NCBI GenBank assembly: GCA_946547845.1
Contig: CAMNPJ010000001.1
Span: 18,985 to 82,984, forward strand
Length of the DNA stretch: 64,000 bases
Source of the DNA: an uncultured Treponema sp.
GTDB lineage: Bacteria; Spirochaetota; Spirochaetia; Treponematales; Treponemataceae
Reading direction: 5' to 3'
The first letter of the stretch is position 1, and each line of letters starts with the position of its first letter. The position numbers and the translations under genes were made by a program. Of this stretch, positions 9,084 through 17,279 are shown piece by piece. The notes beneath the pieces were generated by a model, which saw only the letters and a program-made list of their open reading frames with translations, did not search any database and was not told where the DNA came from.

Positions 9084-11546
9084 CTAGTCCTTTTTGTTCA
9101 GGTTCTTGAACATGTCCTTGACGTTCACGCTGTCAAGCACCTTTCCGGCGGCATCCGCAGCGGCATTCGACAGCTCGTTGTCGCCGAGGGCACCCTGAAT
9201 CTGCTTGCGTGACTCCTCCTTGGCAATATCCTTCAGACGCTGCTCGGCTTCGGCATATTTTTTCTCCAGGATATCCTGCACATCGGAAATCTTGACATTC
9301 TGCAGCTCTATATCGCCCTCTATGCCAAGGAACTGCTTTGCCTGTGCGAGATAGCCGTTGGATGCGTCGTTTACCTGCTCGTTCAGAATCCTGAACGCGG
9401 CCTCCTTGGCATCGTTGCCGAGGCTCCTTACGATGGCGTCAAAGGCCTTTGCGAACTGGTCGGCAAAATTGCCGTTCAGCGCAAGGTTCACTCCGCTCCC
9501 CTTCGTGTAGCCCGCCGTGTAGCCTACAACCATGTCCTTGACGGTATCCAGCGCCTGGCGGTAGTACTTCGTCACGAATTCGTTCTCGAAGCCGTCCGTC
9601 GTGAGCACCAGCTTCTGCAAATCCACGCTGCCGCTGAGCGCCAGTTTGTCTTGTTCCAGCGAGCAGCTCAGGGCGATGTCCGCATTGCCCGTGAGGGACG
9701 GAACGCCGCTGCGGGTGGCGATTTTTGTGCCGTCCACGGCAAGGCTGAAGCCGCTGCCGTCGTAGTCCGCAGTAATCAGGGGCGCGGTGCTGGCAGCGCG
9801 GATGTCCATCACGGCCTGAACCGCATGCATCATGCCGTTGTCAGAGAGCCTGGCGCTCAGGGAAGTCGTCCTGCCGCGGGCATTCTGGTCGTTCGTCAGC
9901 TCCGTAGCAAGCGCCTCGAAGCTCCTGCCGGCAAGCTCACCCGAAACGAACATGCGCTCAATCAGTACGGTGGGGTTCTGCCCCGTATACCAGTATGTCG
10001 TGCCCTTCATGCGCTCGCGCGTAGCGGCCGGCTTCTTTTTTTCCGGCTGGGCGGCAGTAAGCTGGGACAACTTGGCGGACTCCTCCTTGAGCTTCTCCAC
10101 ATAGTCCGTCACCTGCCTGACGTATGGATAGTACTTGCCGAGCATATTATAGCCGACGGTGTCAAGCGCGTCGTTAAACAGCAGATTCGCGTTCTTTACG
10201 GCGTTCACCACACCGGTCAGCTTTGCCTGCATCAAATCCTTGTCCGCCGTGACGGCATCGGTCACGGACAGCGTGAGTTTCTTTACCGCGAGCCCGTCAT
10301 CCGTCACTTCGGCGGTGAGCGCCTCCGCAGACTGCTTGATTCCCTTGCTCTTCTCGATGGCATCCTTGAGCTTCGCGATGGCGTCCTGCAGCACCTGCGG
10401 ATCGGAAATCTTGGAAAAGTCGATGGTCTGCAAGTTCTTTACGCTGCCGCTAAAGTCCTCGACCTGCGCCTTTATCTCCTCAGGTTTGCCCTGCCACTTG
10501 GTAAAGAGATTCTGCACGTCCCCGACGGCTGCCTGCGCCACCTCCGGGGATTTGAGCTGGGAGCGGATGTTAGCGACAATGGTCTCCACGTCACCGCCAC
10601 CGAGCATGTCAGTCGCCATCATCTTGAGGTCGTCAAGAGCCTGCGTGCTCTTGCTCTGCAGGCTCAGCATGAATTCGCTGTCAGCGAGGGAAGCATTCTC
10701 CGCCTTCGGCTTCTGCGGTTTTTCCGGGAGCTCGCAGCTTTCCGTCCTGTCGGTGTTCAGGGCAAGCCCGGACAGCTCAAGGTTCCGCACGTCAAGCTTG
10801 CCCCGCAAGGCCTGCGCAAGGTTGAAGCTCAGCTCAATCTTCTCAGCCTCCGCAAGATTCTTCATCACGCTGTTCTTGTTGCCCACCGCGATATTGCGGA
10901 CGGTAAGCGTGCCGCCGAGTATGCTCAGCCGCACGGAGCCGACATCGGTCTTGGCGCCGGCGGCAGCCTCGCAGCCCATGACAATCGCTTTTTTTGCGAG
11001 CGGGTTCTTGAAGGCGGAAATGACGAGCGCGAGCAGCACGAATACCGCGATGACCGCGGCAAAGGGAAGCAGCCGCACGCGTCCCTTCCTGCTGCGGATC
11101 TCGCCCACCAGCTGCTTGTATTTCTTGAGCTCCTTTTTGGAAAAGAGGAGCTCTGCGGGAACGGCATAGCGCTCAGGTTTCTTTGCGTTCGCGCCCTGCA
11201 CGAAAATCCGTGAAAGCAGCTCCCTGTCGCTGGGAATGACGATAGGCCGCAGGATTTTCTTTGCGAGCTGCCGCTCGGTATAGGTCTTTTTCAGCATGCC
11301 CGGCAGCTTCTTGCGCGGGAACTTCCTGCGGAGATCCTCAGGATTCTCGGCCTCCTGCGGCAGCCCGGACGGCTGGGACTCAGCGGGCGCCGGGACAAGT
11401 TCTTCTGCCGGGACAAGTTCTTCTGCCGGGACAAGTTCTTCTGCCGGGGCAAGCTCTTCTGCCGGGGCAAGTTCTTCTGCCGGAATCTGCCCTTCCGCCC
11501 CTTCAGGAACAGACGCTACGTTTTTTTCTTCTTCGAGTTCTGCCAT
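9084..11546 (-). CDS. large membrane-anchored protein, TIGR03545-like (from memory, unverified)
   Basis: 820 aa. Acidic N-terminus with five PAEEL(A/V) repeats, one TM helix (LLPFAAVIAVFVLLALVISAF), long non-repetitive C-terminal region. Paired with a DUF2062-like gene directly upstream. Confidence 0.55.
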   Translation of the reverse strand: MAELEEEKNVASVPEGAEGQIPAEELAPAEELAPAEELVPAEELVPAEELVPAPAESQPSGLPQEAENPEDLRRKFPRKKLPGMLKKTYTERQLAKKILRPIVIPSDRELLSRIFVQGANAKKPERYAVPAELLFSKKELKKYKQLVGEIRSRKGRVRLLPFAAVIAVFVLLALVISAFKNPLAKKAIVMGCEAAAGAKTDVGSVRLSILGGTLTVRNIAVGNKNSVMKNLAEAEKIELSFNLAQALRGKLDVRNLELSGLALNTDRTESCELPEKPQKPKAENASLADSEFMLSLQSKSTQALDDLKMMATDMLGGGDVETIVANIRSQLKSPEVAQAAVGDVQNLFTKWQGKPEEIKAQVEDFSGSVKNLQTIDFSKISDPQVLQDAIAKLKDAIEKSKGIKQSAEALTAEVTDDGLAVKKLTLSVTDAVTADKDLMQAKLTGVVNAVKNANLLFNDALDTVGYNMLGKYYPYVRQVTDYVEKLKEESAKLSQLTAAQPEKKKPAATRERMKGTTYWYTGQNPTVLIERMFVSGELAGRSFEALATELTNDQNARGRTTSLSARLSDNGMMHAVQAVMDIRAASTAPLITADYDGSGFSLAVDGTKIATRSGVPSLTGNADIALSCSLEQDKLALSGSVDLQKLVLTTDGFENEFVTKYYRQALDTVKDMVVGYTAGYTKGSGVNLALNGNFADQFAKAFDAIVRSLGNDAKEAAFRILNEQVNDASNGYLAQAKQFLGIEGDIELQNVKISDVQDILEKKYAEAEQRLKDIAKEESRKQIQGALGDNELSNAAADAAGKVLDSVNVKDMFKNLNKKD
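11392..11481 (-). repeat. five in-frame 18-bp tandem repeats encoding PAEEL(A/V)
   Basis: Plus-strand units gggacaagttcttctgcc x3, then ggggcaagctcttctgcc and ggggcaagttcttctgcc. Confidence 0.9.
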
Positions 11547-11549
11547 AGC

Positions 11550-12062
11550 TTAGTCTCCCGATACCGCCGCGGCGATTTTCTCTATCAGCGGAATCTGCTT
11601 TATCATCTGGATGAATTTGAGCTTCCTCATGGCGGCACCGATGTAGCGCCTCCACAGGAAGACAAAGCCCCGTGCCAGCAGGTACAGGGGGATATAGGCC
11701 GCCACCCCGCAGGCAAGGCTCCCCATCACGATGGTGTTGTTGAACCTCGTAAAGGCCACACCGGGAATGTCCAGCAGGCGGATATAGGTATCCCGCGCCT
11801 GCGGAAGCGTAAGAATATACGCTCCCACAAGGTCAAAGGTGGGATCGAGCAGGGGGGCGGCAAGCGCCCCGACAATGACGGAAAGCACAAAGGCGCCCCT
11901 CTGGATTCTCATGAAGAACATGAAAATGAAAAGGACATACCACAAGGCGTTGTCTTTCGGCATAAAGCCCAGAAGAACGCCGCATGCGAACGCGCATGCA
12001 ATGGCGCCCGGATCCTTGTTGGAACTGAGCGCCTTCAACAATTTTGCTAAGGGTTTGAACAT
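11550..12062 (-). CDS. DUF2062/TIGR03546-like small membrane protein
   Basis: Start MFKPLAK (ATG 12062). PGAIACAFACGVLLGFMP motif and 3-4 TM helices. Stop lies 3 nt before the start of the 820-aa gene. Confidence 0.55.
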   Translation of the reverse strand: MFKPLAKLLKALSSNKDPGAIACAFACGVLLGFMPKDNALWYVLFIFMFFMRIQRGAFVLSVIVGALAAPLLDPTFDLVGAYILTLPQARDTYIRLLDIPGVAFTRFNNTIVMGSLACGVAAYIPLYLLARGFVFLWRRYIGAAMRKLKFIQMIKQIPLIEKIAAAVSGD

Positions 12063-12195
12063 ACACCTATCATAGCAGCTCTGTACATAAAAATCTATGG
12101 CAGGGCTTCCCTGCGGTAGAACTTTCTGCAAAAAGCCGCCTGTACCGCGCGGAGCCGGCATATCCGGCCGCACGGCGCAGGGATGGCAGCGCCTG

Positions 12196-13440
12196 CTAGC
12201 GGAGCACGACGCGGCAGAATTTCTTCTTGCCGGCCTTCACCACAAATTCCCCGTCAGAGTCGGCGTCTTTCAGGCTCACAACAGCCTTTACGTCGCTTAT
12301 GGCGGCGCCGTTCACGCTTGCGCCGCCCTGCTGCACGAGGCGCCGCGCGTCAGACTTGGTGGCGCAGAGCTTTGTGCTGAAGTAGAGGTCGCAGACATTC
12401 ATGCCTGCCTCAAAATCCGCGCGGGCAAGCTCCACGGTCGGCATGGAAGCCTTGTCGCCAGCGCCGCCGAACGCAGCCTTCGCCCCGCTCAGCGCCTTCT
12501 CCGCCTCGTCCTTACCGTGGATTTCCTTGGTCACCTCGTAGGCAAGGCGCTCCTTGGCCGCATTCACGTCGCCCTGCATAATCTGGTCAATCTCGCCCAC
12601 AGGCAGGAAGGTGAACAGCAGCAGGAACTTGCGCACGTCCGCGTCGGCAACATTGCGCCAGTACTGGAAGAAATCAAAGACGCTCGTCATCGCCGGGTCA
12701 AGGAAGACCGCGCCCTTCTCCGTCTTACCCATCTTCTTGCCGTCCGCGCGGGTGATGAGCGGGAAGGTCAGCCCGAAAACCTCATGCTCCTTGTTCAGCT
12801 CCGTGGTGCCGCCCAGCTTGCGCCGGATAAGGTCGACGCCCGCGGTGATGTTGCCCCACTGGTCGTCGCCGCCAATCTGCAGGACGCAGTTGTGCCGCTG
12901 GTGCAGCATGTAGAAGTCGTAGGCCTGCAGCAGCTGGTAGTTGAATTCTATAAAAGAAAGCCCCCGCTCAAGGCGCTGCTTGTACGCCTCAAAGGTGAGC
13001 ATGCGGTTCACGGAGAAGCAGGAGCCGATATCGCGCAGGAAATCGATGTAGTTCAGCCCAGCGAGCCAGTCCTTGTTGTTGTCGCTGAAGGCGCTTTTCC
13101 CGTCAAAGCCGATAAAGCGGTCAAGCTGGGCCTTTATGCGCTCCACGTTGGCGTCAATCTGCTCGTAGGAAATCATCTTGCGCATCTCGGTCTTTCCGCT
13201 GGGATCGCCGATACGCGCCGTGCCGCCGCCGATAAGGGCAATGCCGTGGTGCCCGGCATCGCGCAGGTGCCGCAGGGCAAAGAACGGCACCATGTGCCCG
13301 ATGTGCAGGCTGGGGCCGGTGGGGTCGCAGCCGACATAGAACGTGACGGGGCCTTCATCCATCTTGCGGGACAGTCCGTCGACGTCGGTGCACTGGGCAA
13401 AAAATCCGCGTTCCTTCAGGGTTTCCAGAGCTTTGTTCAT
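12196..13440 (-). CDS. tyrS: tyrosine--tRNA ligase
   Basis: HIGH motif (LHIGH), KMGKT (KMSKS-type), C-terminal S4-like domain. ATG 13440 preceded by AGAGGTG (the track ORF opens at GTG 13446). Confidence 0.9.
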   Translation of the reverse strand: MNKALETLKERGFFAQCTDVDGLSRKMDEGPVTFYVGCDPTGPSLHIGHMVPFFALRHLRDAGHHGIALIGGGTARIGDPSGKTEMRKMISYEQIDANVERIKAQLDRFIGFDGKSAFSDNNKDWLAGLNYIDFLRDIGSCFSVNRMLTFEAYKQRLERGLSFIEFNYQLLQAYDFYMLHQRHNCVLQIGGDDQWGNITAGVDLIRRKLGGTTELNKEHEVFGLTFPLITRADGKKMGKTEKGAVFLDPAMTSVFDFFQYWRNVADADVRKFLLLFTFLPVGEIDQIMQGDVNAAKERLAYEVTKEIHGKDEAEKALSGAKAAFGGAGDKASMPTVELARADFEAGMNVCDLYFSTKLCATKSDARRLVQQGGASVNGAAISDVKAVVSLKDADSDGEFVVKAGKKKFCRVVLR

Positions 13441-13454
13441 AATCACACCTCTTT

Positions 13455-13493
13455 AAAAAAATAAAAAGGGAACCTCCCTCACGGAAGGTTCCC
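13455..13493 (-). terminator. intrinsic terminator (attenuator) 14 nt upstream of the tyrS ATG
   Basis: Minus strand GGGAACCUUCC-GUGA-GGGAGGUUCCC followed by UUUUAUUUUUUU. Confidence 0.7.
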
Positions 13494-13524
13494 GCTGATT
13501 GCACATTAAGGGCAAACGCTAGCA

Positions 13525-13635
13525 CTACCGGGCAGAGCCGTTCTTCCGCAGGCACAGAGACAACGCATAGCCATAATAGAGGTATGCCAGCGATGAGTCA
13601 TTGATTTGTACCGCCCAACTGCGAGTGTCCGTCAT
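13525..13635 (-). CDS. candidate tyrS leader peptide (36 aa, Tyr-codon cluster)
   Basis: My translation: MTDTRSWAVQINDSSLAYLYYGYALSLCLRKNGSAR-stop. Four Tyr codons (TAC TAT TAT TAT) lie within six positions. Sits between a promoter-like site and an intrinsic terminator just upstream of tyrS. Confidence 0.35.
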   Translation of the reverse strand: MTDTRSWAVQINDSSLAYLYYGYALSLCLRKNGSAR

Positions 13636-13644
13636 AGTGCCCCC

Positions 13645-13674
13645 ATCCTAGCACAGAGCGCCGTCCCCTGTCAA
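13645..13674 (-). promoter_or_regulatory. sigma-70-type promoter TTGACA-N18-TAGGAT for the tyrS leader
   Basis: Minus strand TTGACAggggacggcgctctgtgcTAGGAT. The leader-ORF ATG lies 9 nt after the -10, so the leader is near-leaderless or a promoter further upstream is used. Confidence 0.4.
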
Positions 13675-13792
13675 TGCCCCGGAATGCGCCCATGGATGCA
13701 GCATGAAAAACAAGCGGAAGGGGGGGGGCGGATTCCCGCCGTGAACGCATTCTTGCGTTTCATGCAGGAGCTCTGAGGGCAGGGCAGATTCC

Positions 13793-14617
13793 TCAGCGCA
13801 GGCGAGCGCCGGGGATGGTACGCCGCGCGGCAGCGACAAGCCGCTGCATATCGCTGTCACTGTACGGCGGCAGCGCATCGAAGGCGGGGTCAAGGCAGCC
13901 GCCGCCACGGAACGGGGAAAAATACCACTGCGCGTCGCAGGGCAGCAGGGCTGCGGCAGCCTCAATATCCCTTTCCCCGACCAATCCCGGCACCAGCACC
14001 GTGCGCCATTCGCGGCAGTCCGGCTCATACTCGCGGGCAAGCAGGGCGGCGGATTCCCGCAGCGCGGCAGCAAGGGCGGCGCCGTCCGGAGCCACAGCCG
14101 TGCCCGCGGCTGCCGGGAATTGTGACGGCGGCTGCACGGAGCCTCCGGGACGGGGAACAAGCTCCGCATAGCGCTGCGGCGCGGTCTTTATATCCATGGC
14201 GACATAATCAGGCCGCAGCTCCGCAGAAGCGCAGAACTGCTCCAGCAGGCGCGGCAGGGTGCCGTTGGTATCGAGCTTTATCTTATATCCGAGAGAGCGG
14301 GCGGCGCGGATAAGCTGCGGGGTCAGCGGGTTCAGCAGCGGCTCCCCGCCGGAGATGACCAGAGCGCTGAGCACGTTGCGGCGTTTTGCAAGGTGGGAAA
14401 GTATGTCCCCGGCACCTACAAAGCCTTCTCCGCCGCCATCCGGCAGGACAAGGGCGCGGTTGTAGCAGTAGGGGCAGCGCAGGTTGCAGCCCCGCAGGAA
14501 TACTGCGGCGGCAAGCCTGCCGGGATAATCGGCAAGGGTCGTGCGGACGAGCGTACCCGCCGCATCCTCCGGAAAGGGCTCAGGCAATCGCCTTGGAGCC
14601 GGAACCGAGCACGGCAT
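13793..14617 (-). CDS. nrdG: anaerobic ribonucleoside-triphosphate reductase activating protein (radical SAM)
   Basis: CNLRCPYCYN (CxxxCxxC), ISGGEPLL, KLDTNG motifs. Start uncertain: ATGs at 14632/14626/14617 or TTG 14587, all overlapping the upstream gene end. Confidence 0.8.
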   Translation of the reverse strand: MPCSVPAPRRLPEPFPEDAAGTLVRTTLADYPGRLAAAVFLRGCNLRCPYCYNRALVLPDGGGEGFVGAGDILSHLAKRRNVLSALVISGGEPLLNPLTPQLIRAARSLGYKIKLDTNGTLPRLLEQFCASAELRPDYVAMDIKTAPQRYAELVPRPGGSVQPPSQFPAAAGTAVAPDGAALAAALRESAALLAREYEPDCREWRTVLVPGLVGERDIEAAAALLPCDAQWYFSPFRGGGCLDPAFDALPPYSDSDMQRLVAAARRTIPGARLR

Positions 14618-15128
14618 CGAGCTCATCGGCATTATGGGCACGAGCGGTCTCCTGCCCGTCCGCATTGTAGAAGATGACGGTCGGCGTGGCAAAGACCCCG
14701 CGCTCGGCGGCAAGGTCAAGCCCTTCCTTCTGATCCACATTTATCTCCGTGCCGGACAGGGAAGAAGCCGCCATATAATCGCGCACCGGCGGACAGTGCG
14801 GGCAGCCGGGGCGCGTGAACAGCTCGTAGCGGGCAAGCGCCGCGGAAAAGCTTTTTGCGCCGGGCGCCGCAGCCACTGCGACGGCGGCATCCTGCACGGC
14901 AGCGGTATCAGGCACCGCAGCATCGTGGGCGGCAGAAAACGAACTGATATCGAACATAGTCCTCCTGCGGAATTCGTCAAGCTTGCCCTTGTTCCAGTTC
15001 TGCACGGCGCGGTAATAGCCCACAATACGCGCGTACACCTCAGTCTCGTCGCCGTGCACATCCGCAAGCTCTGCCTTCACCGCCTGGATTTCGGCGTCGA
15101 TATCTGCGATTGTCCGTGATTTTTCCAT
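14580..15128 (-). CDS. stand-alone NrdD glycyl-radical module fused to a thioredoxin-fold (CPHC) domain
   Basis: ETEVYARIVGYYRAVQNWNKGKLDEFRRR is the sequence that normally ends single-chain NrdD. C-terminal YELFTRPGCPHCPPV...GVFATPTVIFY fits a thioredoxin/glutaredoxin-like fold. Own RBS AAGAGAGG. Confidence 0.7.
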   Translation of the reverse strand: MEKSRTIADIDAEIQAVKAELADVHGDETEVYARIVGYYRAVQNWNKGKLDEFRRRTMFDISSFSAAHDAAVPDTAAVQDAAVAVAAAPGAKSFSAALARYELFTRPGCPHCPPVRDYMAASSLSGTEINVDQKEGLDLAAERGVFATPTVIFYNADGQETARAHNADELDAVLGSGSKAIA

Positions 15129-15158
15129 ACTATATTATGCCTCTCTTTGCCAAATTGC

Positions 15159-17279
15159 CTATGCCTTTGCGGCGAGCAGCGACGCCCGCTCCGACTCCAG
15201 CGCAAGGAGCCGTGCCCGCAGGCGCTGCTCCTTCTCTGCACGGCACTTGGGGCACTCGAACTGGGCGCCCGGCAGGTAGCCGTGCTTCTTGCAGACCGAA
15301 TAGGTCGGGCTGACGGTCACATACGGAATGCGGTAATGCTCCACGATAGCCTTCACAAGGTCGCGGCACGCACGCCAGTCCTCTATCTGCTCCCCGACAA
15401 AGGTATGGAACACCGTGCCGCCGGTGTAGCGCACCTGCAGCGCCTCCTGATGGTCGAGCGCATCAAAGAGATCCGCCGTATAGTCCACGGGGAGCTGGGT
15501 GCTGTTCGTGTAGAAAGGAGCGTCCGTTCCGCCCGTGATGATGCCGGGGAAATTCTCCTTGTCGTGGCGGGCCAGGCGGTAGCTCGTGCTTTCGGCCGGG
15601 GTCGCCTCAAGGTTGAACAGCTCCCCGGTCTTCTCCTGATAGTCCTGCATCCGCGCGCGCATATAGTCAAGCACGTCGCAGGCAAACTGCCTCCCCCGCC
15701 CGTCGGCAATGGAGACGCCGAGGAAATTCAGGCAGCATTCGTTCATGCCGCACAGGCCGATTGTGTTGAAGTGGTTGTCAAGCGTCTTCAGGTAGCGCTT
15801 TGTGTAGGGGAACAGCCCTCCGTCCAGCAGTTTCTGGATAACCTTGCGCTTGATGCAGAGGCTTTCCTTCGCGATGTCCATCAGATGGTCAAGCCGGGCG
15901 TAGAAATCCTTCTCGTCGCGCGCAAGAAAGCCAATCTGCGGAAGGTTTATGGTAACGACACCAAGGCTGCCGGTAAACTCATCGGAACCGAAAAGCCCGC
16001 CGCCGCGTTTGCGCAGCTCGCGCTTGTCAAGCCGCAGGCGGCAGCACATGGAGCGCACGTCGGAGGGGTTCAGGTCGGAATTGACGAAATTCTGGAAATA
16101 GGGAGTGCCATACTGCGCCGTCATCCTGAACAGCAGCTGGGCGTTCCGGCTGTTCCAGTCAAAGTCCTTCGTGATGTTGTAGGTGGGAATCGGATAGCCG
16201 AAGCCGCGACCGGACGCGTCGCCCTCAAGCATAAGCTCGATGAAGATGCGGTTTATCGTGTCCATCTCCGGCTGGCAGTCTCCGTAAGTGAACGCCTGCT
16301 CCTTGCCGCCCACCACGGCCTTCTCGTCCCGCAGGTCGGCGGGGCATGTCCAGTCCAACGTGATGTTCGTGAACGGAGCCTGCGAGCCCCAGCGGCTCGG
16401 CGTGTTTATGCCGAAGATAAAGCACTGCAGGCACTGGCGCACCTCGTCGTCGTCCAGGCGGTCTGCCCTGACAAACGGCGCAAGGCAGGTATCAAAAGAG
16501 GAGAACGCCTGCGCGCCCGCCCATTCGTTCTGCAGCACGCCCAGGAAATTCACCATCTGGTTCACCAGCGTGGAAAGGTGCGCCGCCGGCTTTGAGGATA
16601 TTTTGTCCGGCACCCCGCCGAGCCCTTCGCGGATAAGCTGCCTGAGCGACCAGCCCGCGCAGTAGCCGGAGAACATGGACAAATCGTGTATGTGGATGGC
16701 ACAGTCCTCGTGCGCCTTTGCGATTTCCGCGGGGTAGATGTTCCTGAGCCAGTAGTTTGCCGTCACGGTGCCGGAATTGTGCAGGATAAGCCCGCCGAGC
16801 GAATAGTTGACATTGGCGTTCTCGTTCACGCGCCAGTCGCTCTGCCGCAGGTAACCGTCCATCGTCTTGGATATATCAATCATCAGGGCGCGGGCATCCC
16901 GCATGGCATCGTGGCGGGCACGGTACAGGATATACGCCTTGGCGGTCTCCACCTCGCGGTTCTCCATGAGCACCGTCTCCACCGTGTCCTGAATCTCCTC
17001 TATGGCGGGAATCGAATGGGCGCGGCGACCCGCAAGCAGCACCCGCAGCCGCTCCTCCACCAGGTCGGTCAGAGCGCCCGCCTTGTCCGGGTCGGGATGG
17101 GAGCAGGTGGCGGCAAGCGCCTTGCCGATGGCGCGCTCAATCTTTGTGCGGTCATAATCCGCGATGTCACCGGAGCGTTTGACCACCTTCTTTATGAAGC
17201 CCTCGGTCTCCTTGTCACTGCTGGTTCCCAGAAAGCTCCGCCATTCCGGGAACACATTCTGCTCCTGCCCCCCGCTCAC
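15159..17279 (-). CDS. nrdD: anaerobic ribonucleoside-triphosphate reductase, large piece lacking the glycyl-radical loop
   Basis: ATP-cone N-terminus, MCCRLRLD finger-loop motif, C-terminal CKKHGY...CPKC Zn site, then a helical tail and TAG. GTG start overlaps the nrdR stop (GTGA). Confidence 0.9.
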   Translation of the reverse strand: MSGGQEQNVFPEWRSFLGTSSDKETEGFIKKVVKRSGDIADYDRTKIERAIGKALAATCSHPDPDKAGALTDLVEERLRVLLAGRRAHSIPAIEEIQDTVETVLMENREVETAKAYILYRARHDAMRDARALMIDISKTMDGYLRQSDWRVNENANVNYSLGGLILHNSGTVTANYWLRNIYPAEIAKAHEDCAIHIHDLSMFSGYCAGWSLRQLIREGLGGVPDKISSKPAAHLSTLVNQMVNFLGVLQNEWAGAQAFSSFDTCLAPFVRADRLDDDEVRQCLQCFIFGINTPSRWGSQAPFTNITLDWTCPADLRDEKAVVGGKEQAFTYGDCQPEMDTINRIFIELMLEGDASGRGFGYPIPTYNITKDFDWNSRNAQLLFRMTAQYGTPYFQNFVNSDLNPSDVRSMCCRLRLDKRELRKRGGGLFGSDEFTGSLGVVTINLPQIGFLARDEKDFYARLDHLMDIAKESLCIKRKVIQKLLDGGLFPYTKRYLKTLDNHFNTIGLCGMNECCLNFLGVSIADGRGRQFACDVLDYMRARMQDYQEKTGELFNLEATPAESTSYRLARHDKENFPGIITGGTDAPFYTNSTQLPVDYTADLFDALDHQEALQVRYTGGTVFHTFVGEQIEDWRACRDLVKAIVEHYRIPYVTVSPTYSVCKKHGYLPGAQFECPKCRAEKEQRLRARLLALESERASLLAAKA

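Noticed and set aside
11392-11481. Short direct repeats considered as a possible CRISPR-like or minisatellite array.
   Set aside because: The units are contiguous with no spacers, lie in frame inside a long ORF, and encode PAEEL(A/V). This is a coding tandem repeat, not a CRISPR array.
13441-13680. T-box riboswitch upstream of tyrS. GGGCGGUAC resembles part of the T-box sequence, and UAC could be a Tyr specifier.
   Set aside because: The GGUAC segment sits ~150 nt upstream of the terminator rather than forming its anti-terminator partner. I could not find the AGAGA/GNUGNRA stem I elements or the conserved 14-nt T-box adjacent to the terminator. A leader-peptide model fits the sequence better. 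An Rfam scan would settle it.
15129-15161. Stop-codon read-through or recoding that would join nrdD to the glycyl-radical ORF; the two ORFs are in the same frame.
   Set aside because: The 33-nt junction contains two in-frame stops (TAG at 15161..15159 and TAA at 15137..15135). It also has a good RBS (AAGAGAGG) and an ATG for the downstream ORF, so independent initiation is the simpler reading.
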